A DNA stretch of 59,025 nt from Thermoplasmata archaeon (lineage in GTDB: Archaea > Thermoplasmatota > Thermoplasmata > Halarchaeoplasmatales > Halarchaeoplasmataceae). Under the pieces are notes generated by a model that was not told the DNA's origin, made no database searches, and worked only from the letters and a program-made list of their open reading frames with translations. The stretch is taken from positions 1 through 59,025 of the forward strand of contig JAWOBZ010000003.1 in NCBI GenBank assembly GCA_046484045.1, given 5' to 3'. Below are positions 48,601 to 56,040 of the stretch, in pieces (positions within the stretch are counted from its first letter, which is position 1; every line of letters begins with the position of its first letter). The position numbers were made by a program, and so were the translations under genes.

Positions 48601-51600
48601 AGTATCACGAATTCTATCAACACAACATGACCTATGTTGATGTTTACAAAAGCGGAAAGATAGAAAATGAAACGATTTTGATCGGTGACTCTGGAAATAA
48701 CGTAGGTGACTCGAATATGTTGAATGAACGCGGAATCGTATCTTCAAGTGTATACAACAGTGGACGTATAGAAAATGAAACTGTTTTTATCGGAACAGAT
48801 ATTAACGAAACTGGTTATACATACAACTTTGCTGAAAGGAACCTTTACGATGTAACTGTGTTGTATGACGATTCCAATACAAAAACGATCTGGGATGTGG
48901 ATAATTACTCTTTCGATTACGAAAGGGGTGTTATAACCTCCGAAACCGATATACCCAAAGGTGCCTATGTAAATGTGACCTATAGCTGGGATTATAAAAT
49001 GAGGAATAATTATTATGAGATTGATAAAGAAACCGGTAAGTTCACTCTGGAGGTCGATGTAGGCGACGGTGCCTTGGTGAATGTAACTTATAATTGGAAA
49101 TATTTGATGGAAGAATCGCCGTCAAATTATACCGTTGATTACCTGAATGGAAATATTACATTGAATACCGATATTGATAATGGAACGGACTTGACAGCGA
49201 ATTGGGGGTGGCACTACTTATGGGATACTTCAAATTACCATTTTGACCACGATACTGGAGAGCTCATAGTGATACCCTCCATAGATTTTAATACGAAAAT
49301 TAAAGCCACATACAGCGTTGTAGGGTTACTTCCTGAAAATGATTGTCTTATAAACCCACTTTCAGGAGATTTAACATTGAGCAGATCTTTCAACCACGAT
49401 AAACCTGATATTACAGAAAAGGTGGTCATGGAATATGCCCACAACGGTGTATCCGCTGTAACCTATGAAAAAACTATGGAATTTTCTTTCGATTTCAACT
49501 GGGATTTGATGGATGGTTATATCACAGTAACTAAAGACGGTGTTTTCAAGGGAAACACCGCTGGTAATTGGGAAAAGGTCGTATCAGATGATGGAGATAA
49601 CACACTGAGCAGGATTTTGAACCAGACAGGCTTCCTCAAAGTCACCGCGATAATGGAAAAGACTAGTAATAGCTACATACAAATATACGATTGGCAGGAC
49701 GTAAATGAAACAATCTTTGGTAAAGAGCCCACCAGTAAAGGAGAGAACGGGATATATGACGGTAGAGATGAAAAAGTTAGGTTTACATGGGCTATGGATA
49801 AAAGTCAATACTTGACAGCAGTGGTACGTGACCCCAAAAATAGGGTTCATGATGGTTTGGTACTCGAATCCAAAGTGGCCGGAATGCAAGCTGAAGGAGA
49901 AGGTACGATCGTACTTGAATCATATCAAAAAGAAGAATGGGATTGGATTGATATATCAAACGTATCTAACGATGGATTCGATGCCAAAATTACAGTGCCA
50001 GAAGATGCTGGTGTTGGCGGATATCAAGGTGCCTTTGTTTATGACTGTGGCCAACAATCAAGTTTTGGAGTAATTCCCATATTCGTCAACGTAGCTGGTT
50101 ATCCATCACGAGCTAACGGAAGTTTGGAAATAGGTGGAGAATACGCGAACCATGGATTGTACAGTAACGATAGGATAGGAGCACACGTTGCTTATTATGA
50201 TTCAAGGATATTCTATCTTGATTACGAACTCCTTTTCCCACCCGCAGAAAACGACCATTATATGGCTATAATACAGCACTTGTCTAATCAGTCAACTATG
50301 GAAATTAAAGCCTATGGTGAATCCTTTAGCCCTTACTCGGGTGGTGATTTCGGACCGTTCTCTATGAGTATGATAAGCGAATCCCCGGCTTCTACTGATC
50401 CATATAAAACTATGATACAGGTAGAGGATTACCTCCGTAGAAATCCGGATGGGTTGGTTCTATTGGAGATAAGATGCATTGGGGTCGGATCGGAAGGACC
50501 CATGGGGGAATTGATCAATGGAACCCTAGGTCACATGAAAGTATGGCCTACTGATACTACACGCTATAACGAACCACGTGGTAAAATGAATATTAACGTA
50601 GAAACTAGCTTCGATATAGACGGAGGCATTTCGGTGTTAGCACCGGACTCAGAAGAAGAATCCGGTACAGACTCCGTATCATCACATGACATCGCTCCTT
50701 ATGGGAGTGATTTTGTCAAGTATCTTGCAGAAGCCCCAGATATGCAGGAGGTAGAGCTTCCTGAAGGTGTTTATACGTTTAACTTCCATATATGGGGACT
50801 CTCTGATAGTGACGACTATGACCTAGGTTTGTTCTACGTTATTCCTGACGATTATGATGGATCTATGGAGAATGTACTTGAAATAGAACATCCTCCAGGA
50901 AGTGGTAAAAATATAGAAGTTAAGTTCATGGAATACTGTGCCGATGCTGATGCCGATGAAGACGTTACTTTGATAACTCCTGAGCAGGGGACTTATCTCT
51001 GTAAAGTTGCAGGTTTCACTGTATCGTCTGGGGAATACGATTACCATTGGAAATATTATAGTGAAGGTGAAGCGCTCTATGAGATACAAGATTTGAGTAA
51101 TAAAACCGTTCGTCCAAAAAGTAATGAAACCGATCTGAAATTTAATCTGACGTGGGACATGCCCGTAAATATAGTTAACAAAACCGTTGAAAGCAAGGTT
51201 TTCCTATCACCCACAGCGTCATCCGTAGCACTGACCGAAATAATAACACCAAGTGTGATTTTCGACTATCAAAAACCTGTCCTGGAAGACGTGTCACCAG
51301 GTGATCAGGAGATACTGAACAGCCGAGACGTAGCGATTTCTGCATCTTACGAAGATAAAGGTAAAAGTGGTATAGATATTGACAATATTGTATTATATCT
51401 CGATAATGAAAAACAGGTAGTAAATCCCACTGAAGAACATGTGTCCTTAACCACTGAGGATCTGTCTGATGGTGTCCATGATGTGATGTTAATCGTGACG
51501 GATAAAGCTGGTAACGAAGTTGTAAAAGAATGGTCTTTCGTTGTCGATACAACTGACCCACTCATAGATATATCTCATCCAGCTGATTCGGAGATCACCA

Positions 51601-52676
51601 CAAGAAATGATATGTATGAAATCCAGGGTACCGTCGATGACAACGATGCCATCGTTGTGATAAACGACGATAGAGTTCCCTTGAGTGGAGGCAGTTTTAA
51701 ACATGAGGTCTCTATTAATGAAGGTGAAAACAAATTCACCATAGTTGCTGAAGACGAAGCTGGAAATAAATATGAGGTTATAAGGGAGATAATCCACGAT
51801 ACATCCGATCCAGTTTTAAGAGGCGCTTCTCCGCTATCAACGAACATAGTTACCAATAAAGATCAGATAACGTTCAAAGGCCAAATACATGGAGAGAAAT
51901 TTTTATACAATAATAAAGTAATGATCAACGATAACGAAGTTAAAGTAACTGCAGACGGTTCATTCTACTACATATACGAACTCTTCGAAGGAGAAAATGT
52001 TATTACACGTGAGATTATCGACGCTGCTGGTAACAGAGTTAGTGATACATTTTACATAACTAGAGATACTGAATTAATAGATTTCAAGGTTGACGATATC
52101 GAAAAGATAGACGACGGGACAGTCCTTGTATCCGGAACCGTTGAAGATGACAGTAGCGTTTCTATAAATGGTATACCGGTCAAAGTTCAGCAAGGACAAT
52201 ACAGTAGTGAAATTGATATCATCCCTGGTAGGAGCAACGAAATTATCGTATACGCTGAAGATGAAGCAGGTAATAGTGAACAGATAACTAGGACATATGA
52301 ATCTGTTTCAAGTTCTTCAAAGAAAACATCATCGATATCGGACCATTTGGGTTATTTAATAGGCATCTCCATCGGCGCTCTTATAGTCGGTTTGATTATA
52401 GGTCTATTTTCGATTAAATTCCTTGGAGGTGGATTTAAAAAGGAAACCGAAGGAGATGAACAACAAGAAGAACTAGAAACAGACGAAATCGAAGACATGG
52501 GAGAACCTGTAGATGAAGGGGAAGAGATCAGCGACGAAGAGGAAAAGGTTTCAATAGATGATTCAGGAGCAGATGATGATCTAATAGAGGAAGAGGAAGT
52601 TTCTGATAATAAAGAAACAACCGTAGAAGATCCGGAAGAATTAGGAGATGAACAGGAGGAAAACCTTTCTGAATGA
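42684..52676 (+). CDS. giant membrane-anchored subtilase (S8 family) with a nested multi-domain insertion, C-terminal TM helix and acidic tail
   Basis: Catalytic motifs: 'IAIVDTGTDFSHADL' (Asp238), 'WGTHGTSTASMAVG' (His1495), 'ASAGNQGNG', 'SGTSMAAPITAGVCALV' (Ser1763). N-terminal anchor 'ILKIFTVIIFLTIISSIFAIP'. C-terminal TM 'LGYLIGISIGALIVGLIIGLFSI'. An alternative start is at 42705. Confidence 0.9.
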   Translation: MESGGKSMPIRKPLSNQILKIFTVIIFLTIISSIFAIPYSNEDNEDRDEKKNDDDLTSLSLDEKVEEKSKTFTDSTSSRQEEQSDGWIDKLTLGVREEMNTPSKLISVMVVTTDLGTLHQKLRGYGGVIHTDSDAVKPEHFDYSALSYQQSNGIVMSREIDVPVSSIKDIAELSEVIKILKKPEIHTMSSDVTFNRPQQDVGAQPYGTLNKSLLKIHNADKVWENEIYGDDTNIAIVDTGTDFSHADLIDQWAVAPEGDYSGAGWPLMLDPGSMDLYTTRNQTGVNHTVEGGYPVGFEDSSSSQYSQTNFTFSPTTQPVNVDNETIVYRYDEVLPKSQDDYEASKAHIDLKGDGLYLEEKTHVVKPTERITAGDYVDKSSDNVEDLLKNKETSTGPSTTVENDGWYTLSSTGDWGKYSSLAVDTDDNIHVAFYDEEEHVLMYAFKDVDTWSYDVVDNGTDVGKYCSLALKPNGKPAVSYYDAFNQDIKYAVKNGDGWEVERIDHSVNDRDAGKYSSLAIDSTGKAIISFYESQQDMAWYAKGEFGSFSLRGLSKGSGEGGTHTSVAVDSNNDIHFSYVNKSDNLLYAKWDGSWTRSTIDDSGGVGEYCSIKIDSSNNPHVSYYDGDNGDLKYAYYSSGSWTTTPLDSDGDVGKYTSIALDNNDNPYISYYDVTNGDLKIMFFDVIWYERIVDESGDVGSYTSIDFNSEYTPVISYYFTDNMFLKIASVEPTEINIENIGDEKGKDMCVGGFQTGSKEGFVKDLYLDIAYSVNTDNGDPNLWNENSILLVHGDKKTSALDISPSDGETYVQKTIPITEIANINYLSNISKLNIFYDFNYSGPAPGPTVSFDHIDIICDYHAYPKLHLKKYIKNETGLVRPDNTILSRTVTDPSSLTPSDGDSYIVPVNAVGEWEGQSNKIAEWDSSKHEWEFSTPSEDGFEVWVEDEHIQLDWNSEDVKWLLNDFNLRYVPDYKLSGRFEVYNKSNQTYFYANNNQYLTLFEGDETDQVNSTYNFTQHHLVDVEIFFVNKNGRRFEWNEDNYTLDTFNGSIRLDTDIPPGTFVKSNYEWFYPMGGMSLKEVAFEGRDKNDRFRIYDINKMFIKNVQVYYRNNEREPYIILPEEDYKINHEEGNITLLTNIPEGSMVAIDYEWHYLSGGRKGDEKVVTGNKSDETNTVYDLERYPLLNESAYLEYEDGTINEIDQKDNYTLDYQNGTLTLLMDIPDEANFNISYDWYFFGFDEQFELNTTTGVFTNKYNIKDNTELTFTYECYRRWGENRYSTFEKKGSLQLFDKIEMNEELLASYTCGKGLVTLDVEIPKAQYASNETYGQEYLSGAYNITDLPFKSQSGWYRFGISKSMHLADIWNQQVGMLLVDSEVPGVYDQVFVDIDNDYDFGDEKPVNKSSPLAFTEVKSYNGREGSPMRYIHNYDLAWMGNKAEDANIVLSAGLLYWISDGVNTLPYGERYAEHFEYEEENIPVPKQGNLVAFYDDWGTHGTSTASMAVGTGSSYPVNYLKNSFGEQIADLYSDINSQGFAPNSKVMGVSLLGPAGGSAEAGWLFAAEGYDGIPDTGDEADINSNSWGSFVDNSGWFVYDRLAMNITEMYPHTTLVASAGNQGNGYGTIGSPGSSPAVITVGAGTNMAYKDYMGNDLGFLYPGGESLYQFGIGEGDPMNARPHGDIVSFSSLGPTKMGQPGIDVYAAGAFGMAALPINEPFTYAYEHESGQLDGAIPDGWFLWQQTMKQDRPLPHNNSHTFALFSGTSMAAPITAGVCALVHQVYESKHGSPPTNDEMKRIIMSSADDYGYDVLQQGGGWLNASRAVEMANQSAGVMPGLDFWAPGSYDGISRRGMVNLMKPNESDDIHVELDNYGSHDISNSDGISSETIIEKGKKHKYGENIILSEKGISRESIDLIHTLWLENNSAVIGPQGENSSSILEYLPSYNITDDPLIYNTGDVTDELLFSGNESDETGQYHEFYQHNMTYVDVYKSGKIENETILIGDSGNNVGDSNMLNERGIVSSSVYNSGRIENETVFIGTDINETGYTYNFAERNLYDVTVLYDDSNTKTIWDVDNYSFDYERGVITSETDIPKGAYVNVTYSWDYKMRNNYYEIDKETGKFTLEVDVGDGALVNVTYNWKYLMEESPSNYTVDYLNGNITLNTDIDNGTDLTANWGWHYLWDTSNYHFDHDTGELIVIPSIDFNTKIKATYSVVGLLPENDCLINPLSGDLTLSRSFNHDKPDITEKVVMEYAHNGVSAVTYEKTMEFSFDFNWDLMDGYITVTKDGVFKGNTAGNWEKVVSDDGDNTLSRILNQTGFLKVTAIMEKTSNSYIQIYDWQDVNETIFGKEPTSKGENGIYDGRDEKVRFTWAMDKSQYLTAVVRDPKNRVHDGLVLESKVAGMQAEGEGTIVLESYQKEEWDWIDISNVSNDGFDAKITVPEDAGVGGYQGAFVYDCGQQSSFGVIPIFVNVAGYPSRANGSLEIGGEYANHGLYSNDRIGAHVAYYDSRIFYLDYELLFPPAENDHYMAIIQHLSNQSTMEIKAYGESFSPYSGGDFGPFSMSMISESPASTDPYKTMIQVEDYLRRNPDGLVLLEIRCIGVGSEGPMGELINGTLGHMKVWPTDTTRYNEPRGKMNINVETSFDIDGGISVLAPDSEEESGTDSVSSHDIAPYGSDFVKYLAEAPDMQEVELPEGVYTFNFHIWGLSDSDDYDLGLFYVIPDDYDGSMENVLEIEHPPGSGKNIEVKFMEYCADADADEDVTLITPEQGTYLCKVAGFTVSSGEYDYHWKYYSEGEALYEIQDLSNKTVRPKSNETDLKFNLTWDMPVNIVNKTVESKVFLSPTASSVALTEIITPSVIFDYQKPVLEDVSPGDQEILNSRDVAISASYEDKGKSGIDIDNIVLYLDNEKQVVNPTEEHVSLTTEDLSDGVHDVMLIVTDKAGNEVVKEWSFVVDTTDPLIDISHPADSEITTRNDMYEIQGTVDDNDAIVVINDDRVPLSGGSFKHEVSINEGENKFTIVAEDEAGNKYEVIREIIHDTSDPVLRGASPLSTNIVTNKDQITFKGQIHGEKFLYNNKVMINDNEVKVTADGSFYYIYELFEGENVITREIIDAAGNRVSDTFYITRDTELIDFKVDDIEKIDDGTVLVSGTVEDDSSVSINGIPVKVQQGQYSSEIDIIPGRSNEIIVYAEDEAGNSEQITRTYESVSSSSKKTSSISDHLGYLIGISIGALIVGLIIGLFSIKFLGGGFKKETEGDEQQEELETDEIEDMGEPVDEGEEISDEEEKVSIDDSGADDDLIEEEEVSDNKETTVEDPEELGDEQEENLSE
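43918..44873 (+). repeat. seven tandem 45-50-aa repeats (putative 7-bladed beta-propeller) inside the subtilase insertion
   Basis: Pattern (V/A)GKY(S/C/T)S(L/I)A(V/L/I)D..(N/G).(P/I)(H/A)(V/I)S(Y/F)YD.....L(K/M)YA, seen seven times from 'WGKYSSLAVDTDDNIHVAFYD' to 'VGSYTSIDFNSEYTPVISYYF'. Confidence 0.75.
45798..46602 (+). repeat. cluster 1 of NY.(L/V)D...G.I.L...IP.G..V...Y.W.Y modules (between catalytic Asp and His)
   Basis: 'DNYTLDTFNGSIRLDTDIPPGTFVKSNYEWFY', 'EDYKINHEEGNITLLTNIPEGSMVAIDYEWHY', 'DNYTLDYQNGTLTLLMDIPDEANFNISYDWYF', plus two degenerate copies. Confidence 0.75.
48573..49443 (+). repeat. cluster 2 of the same module family (C-terminal to catalytic Ser)
   Basis: 'DNYSFDYERGVITSETDIPKGAYVNVTYSWDY', 'NYYEIDKETGKFTLEVDVGDGALVNVTYNWKY', 'SNYTVDYLNGNITLNTDIDNGTDLTANWGWHY', 'SNYHFDHDTGELIVIPSIDFNTKIKATYSV'. 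Confidence 0.75.
51264..52304 (+). repeat. four tandem Ig-like (about 85-100 aa) stalk domains preceding the TM anchor
   Basis: Recurrent pattern D(T)..P.I/L ... G(T)V.D ... I(N)....V ... G.F....(I/L).EG.N.(I/F)T(I/R).A.D.AGN.... Confidence 0.65.
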
Positions 52677-52833
52677 GTAATTTACGAGACTAAAGCAGGT
52701 GAGCAGAATATCATATGCTCCGGAACTCCTTTGTAGCAATACCGCGCGTTGTAAGTCATCAATACAACCTGTTTTTATGATATATCTATCCTCATTGTTT
52801 TTCCTATTGATAGTCTACATGTCCTTGTGATTT

Positions 52834-52878
52834 ATGGAATTTTTATTAAATTCCATAGATTGTTGGAACAAGTTCCAA
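52834..52878. repeat. two adjacent palindromes: ATGGAATTT/AAATTCCAT and TTGGAAC-AA-GTTCCAA
   Basis: 52834-52856 has a 9-bp stem and 5-nt loop. 52863-52878 has 7-bp arms and a 2-nt spacer. The arrangement resembles the pair at 18834-18875. Confidence 0.8.
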
Positions 52879-52992
52879 CTAAAGAACTGGAAAGGAGCTA
52901 GACTTACACGCGATCTACGATTAAAAACAAAAATTATATATAATAGTTGTTAATGAGCCTTAATTAAATCTAATTAAATATGATGTGATATC

Positions 52993-53241
52993 ATGACAGA
53001 AAAAGAAAAGAACACAAAAAAGAAGAAATACACTACGGTGTCGATCCCTATACCTCTGGCTAAGAAGGTCAAGAAGAGGATGGAAGGAACTGGATTCAAT
53101 TCAATATCCAGTTACGTAACCTACGTCCTGAGACAGGTTATATCCAGCATAGAGGAAGAGGAAAAACAGCAGGAAAGCTTCTCCAAGGAAGACGAGGAGA
53201 AAGTGAAAGAGAGATTACGAGCTCTAGGTTATCTCGATTAA
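52993..53241 (+). CDS. ribbon-helix-helix (CopG-like) DNA-binding protein
   Basis: Basic N-terminus, then a 'TVSIPIPLAKKVKKRME' beta-strand/helix pattern and an acidic C-terminal tail. Confidence 0.6.
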   Translation: MTEKEKNTKKKKYTTVSIPIPLAKKVKKRMEGTGFNSISSYVTYVLRQVISSIEEEEKQQESFSKEDEEKVKERLRALGYLD

Positions 53242-53262
53242 ACCACTATAGAGGAATAAAAC

Positions 53263-54411
53263 ATGTCTAAACCTCACGGTGGAAACCTGGTCAACAGGGT
53301 CGTTTCCGACGAGAAAAGGGAAAGGTTACTGGATGAATCCGAAGGTATGAGGAGTCTCCAGCTTTCGAGCCAGCTCAGAAGAGATATGCAGAACATCGCT
53401 TCCGGAGTTTACAGTCCCCTTCAGGGATTCATGTGCCGAGATGATTTCGAGAGCGTAGTAGAACACTCACGATTGGATTCCGATATCGCATGGACTATAC
53501 CGATAGTACTAGATGTCGACGAAGAAACGAAAAAGGATCTGACTGAAGGAGATGAGATAATACTGAAGGCCGAGAACGGCAAGAAGGTCGGTCTGATGGA
53601 TATCGAGGAGATCTACTCGTACGACAAAGACGAATTCGCCAAGAACGTATACGGCACCGATGACATGGGCCACCCAGGAGTTCAGAAGGTCAACAAGATG
53701 AAGGACTACCTGATGGGCGGAGAGATCTACCAACTACAGGAACTGGACAATCCGTTCGAGAAATACCATCTCAAGCCCATGGAAACCAGGATCTTATTCA
53801 AAGAGAAGGGCTGGAGAACGGTCGTCGGGTTCCAGACCAGGAACGTACCACATCTGGGACACGAGTACGTCCAGAAGACGGCACTTACCTTCGTGGACGG
53901 TATCTTTGTAAATCCCATAATCGGAAAGAAAAAAGTCGGTGATTACAAAGACGAAGTGATCCTGAAGGCATACGACGTTCTCATGAATAACTATTACCTG
54001 CAGGACAGGGCGGTTATGAGCATACTCGAAGCCGAGATGCGCTACGCAGGACCGAAAGAGGCTATCTTCCATGCCATAATGAGAAAGAACTTCGGATGTA
54101 CTCACTTCATCGTAGGCAGAGACCACGCAGGAGTGGGAGACTACTACGGACCCTATGCGGCACAGGATATATTCGAGAAGTTCCCTGATCTTGAGATCAC
54201 ACCAGTGTTCTTCAAATCGTTCACGTACTGTGAAAAATGCGGTGGAGCCGTCGACGGATTCATATGTCCACACGATGATAAATACAGGGAAAATTTCAGC
54301 GGTACAAAGATGAGGAAACTTCTACAGGAAGGTAAAACACCGCCTGACCATATGATGAGACCGGAAGTCGCCGAGCTCGTTGCCGGAATAGAAGATAAAT
54401 TCGTTAAGTGA
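53263..54411 (+). CDS. sat: sulfate adenylyltransferase (ATP sulfurylase)
   Basis: 'GFQTRNVPHLGHEY', 'HFIVGRDHAGVGDYYGPYAAQ'. Confidence 0.9.
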   Translation: MSKPHGGNLVNRVVSDEKRERLLDESEGMRSLQLSSQLRRDMQNIASGVYSPLQGFMCRDDFESVVEHSRLDSDIAWTIPIVLDVDEETKKDLTEGDEIILKAENGKKVGLMDIEEIYSYDKDEFAKNVYGTDDMGHPGVQKVNKMKDYLMGGEIYQLQELDNPFEKYHLKPMETRILFKEKGWRTVVGFQTRNVPHLGHEYVQKTALTFVDGIFVNPIIGKKKVGDYKDEVILKAYDVLMNNYYLQDRAVMSILEAEMRYAGPKEAIFHAIMRKNFGCTHFIVGRDHAGVGDYYGPYAAQDIFEKFPDLEITPVFFKSFTYCEKCGGAVDGFICPHDDKYRENFSGTKMRKLLQEGKTPPDHMMRPEVAELVAGIEDKFVK

Positions 54412-55433
54412 TACCTGAACCGGTTGGTAATCATATGAATAAGATAAAGAAAGCCGTCGGGGATAGAGATGGACTTCTCTTACACCACTGGGATACCGAC
54501 GGGATGGTATCCGCTGCGCTGATCCTCAAAGAGCTAGAAAATCATGCGGAGTTCACTAAATTCACTCCCTCTATAGGCAATTATCTTCTGAACGATGAGG
54601 ACAGAAAGAAGATAGAAGATATCGATCCTGAATTCACGATAGTCGTCGACATGGCGCTGCCGGAAGACTCCATAAATTTTCTGAAAAAATTCGGAGAAGT
54701 GTTCATCTTCGACCATCATCTTCAGGAAAGACACGACGTTGTCATCCATCACAATCCTATAATCAACGGTGAGTCACCGAAATCATATCCCAGCGCTTCT
54801 TGGGTAATAAATGAGTATATCGGTGATGAACCGAGTCTGCTTTCCATACTTGGAGCATTCGGAGACCGGGAACAGAAACTGAAGGAGAACCCGTATGCTA
54901 TGGACACCATCAACGGTGTGCTGGAGAAACTTGATGCACGGTTCGACGAAGTCCTCAGATGCGCCTATTATCTGGACTCGAACTACAAAGTTGGAGACCG
55001 GAAAGCGGTAACCGACTCACCTGACTTTTTGAAAGATGTCGATTATCCCTCTCAGATACTGGGGAGAGAAGATCTGAAGGAGAACTACGAAGATCTCAAC
55101 AAGGCGATCGAAGAAGAATCCAGCGGGGAACTGGAGAAGGTCAAAGACAACGTTTTCTACAGGGAGATGGAATCACCCTACAATATCATCTCCACCGTCA
55201 CCAGGAAACTGGCGTGGTCGAGAGATGGAAACATAATCATCGTTGCCAACAGTGAATACAAAGAAGGTGAGACCCAGGTGTATATACGCGGGCCTATACC
55301 TGATTCCGAGAAGATAATCCAGATGGTGAAGAAAGACGGGTATTCAGCAGGCGGTAAGAGTGACGTGGTCGGTATGGTAATACCCACGGAAGAAAAAAAC
55401 CGATTGATGGATGAGATAAAAAATCACTTATGA
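54408..55433 (+). CDS. DHH/DHHA1-family phosphoesterase (NrnA-like; candidate pAp phosphatase)
   Basis: DHH motifs 'HHWDTDGMVSAA', 'IVVDMAL', 'IFDHH', and the C-terminal 'GGKSDVVG'. The GTG at 54408 overlaps the sat stop; an alternative ATG is at 54435. Confidence 0.7.
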   Translation: MIPEPVGNHMNKIKKAVGDRDGLLLHHWDTDGMVSAALILKELENHAEFTKFTPSIGNYLLNDEDRKKIEDIDPEFTIVVDMALPEDSINFLKKFGEVFIFDHHLQERHDVVIHHNPIINGESPKSYPSASWVINEYIGDEPSLLSILGAFGDREQKLKENPYAMDTINGVLEKLDARFDEVLRCAYYLDSNYKVGDRKAVTDSPDFLKDVDYPSQILGREDLKENYEDLNKAIEEESSGELEKVKDNVFYREMESPYNIISTVTRKLAWSRDGNIIIVANSEYKEGETQVYIRGPIPDSEKIIQMVKKDGYSAGGKSDVVGMVIPTEEKNRLMDEIKNHL

Positions 55434-55458
55434 TCAAAATCGAAATGGAGAAGATAAA

Positions 55459-56040
55459 ATGAATAAACATATAATACCGAGTGAACAGCATTGGGAAAAG
55501 GAAAATATCGAGGAAGGTTTCGTTCTTTGGTTCACCGGACTTTCCGGTTCGGGTAAATCCGCTGTAGCGGAGAGAGTTGCTATCGCTTTGGAAAGAGAAT
55601 TCGGAGAGCTGGTCGAGCGTCTGGACGGAGATATCGTTAGACAGCACCTCACCTACGACCTGGGATTCACCAAAGATGACAGGGACATGAACATCGAAAG
55701 GGTCTCGTTCGTCGCTGAACTGCTTTCCAGGAACGGCATCTGCGTCCTGGCTTCTTTCATCTCGCCCTACATCGAGAGAAGGGACAAGACGCGAGAGATG
55801 GTCACCAATTTCATCGAAGTCTTCGTTAAATGTCCGGTGGAAGTCTGTGCGGACAGGGACGTCAAGGGACTCTACGAGAAAGCCATGAACGGCGAGATAG
55901 AGAATTTCACCGGTGTATCTGACCCCTATGAAGAACCGCCGAATCCAGAGATAGTTCTCGAGACCGATAAAGAGACCATCGAAGAGAGCGTAGAAAAGGT
56001 ATTAGACTACCTAGAGGATAACGGCTACGTAGGAAGATGA
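55459..56040 (+). CDS. cysC: adenylyl-sulfate (APS) kinase
   Basis: 'GFVLWFTGLSGSGKSAVA', 'LDGDIVR', 'SFISPY'. Confidence 0.9.
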   Translation: MNKHIIPSEQHWEKENIEEGFVLWFTGLSGSGKSAVAERVAIALEREFGELVERLDGDIVRQHLTYDLGFTKDDRDMNIERVSFVAELLSRNGICVLASFISPYIERRDKTREMVTNFIEVFVKCPVEVCADRDVKGLYEKAMNGEIENFTGVSDPYEEPPNPEIVLETDKETIEESVEKVLDYLEDNGYVGR

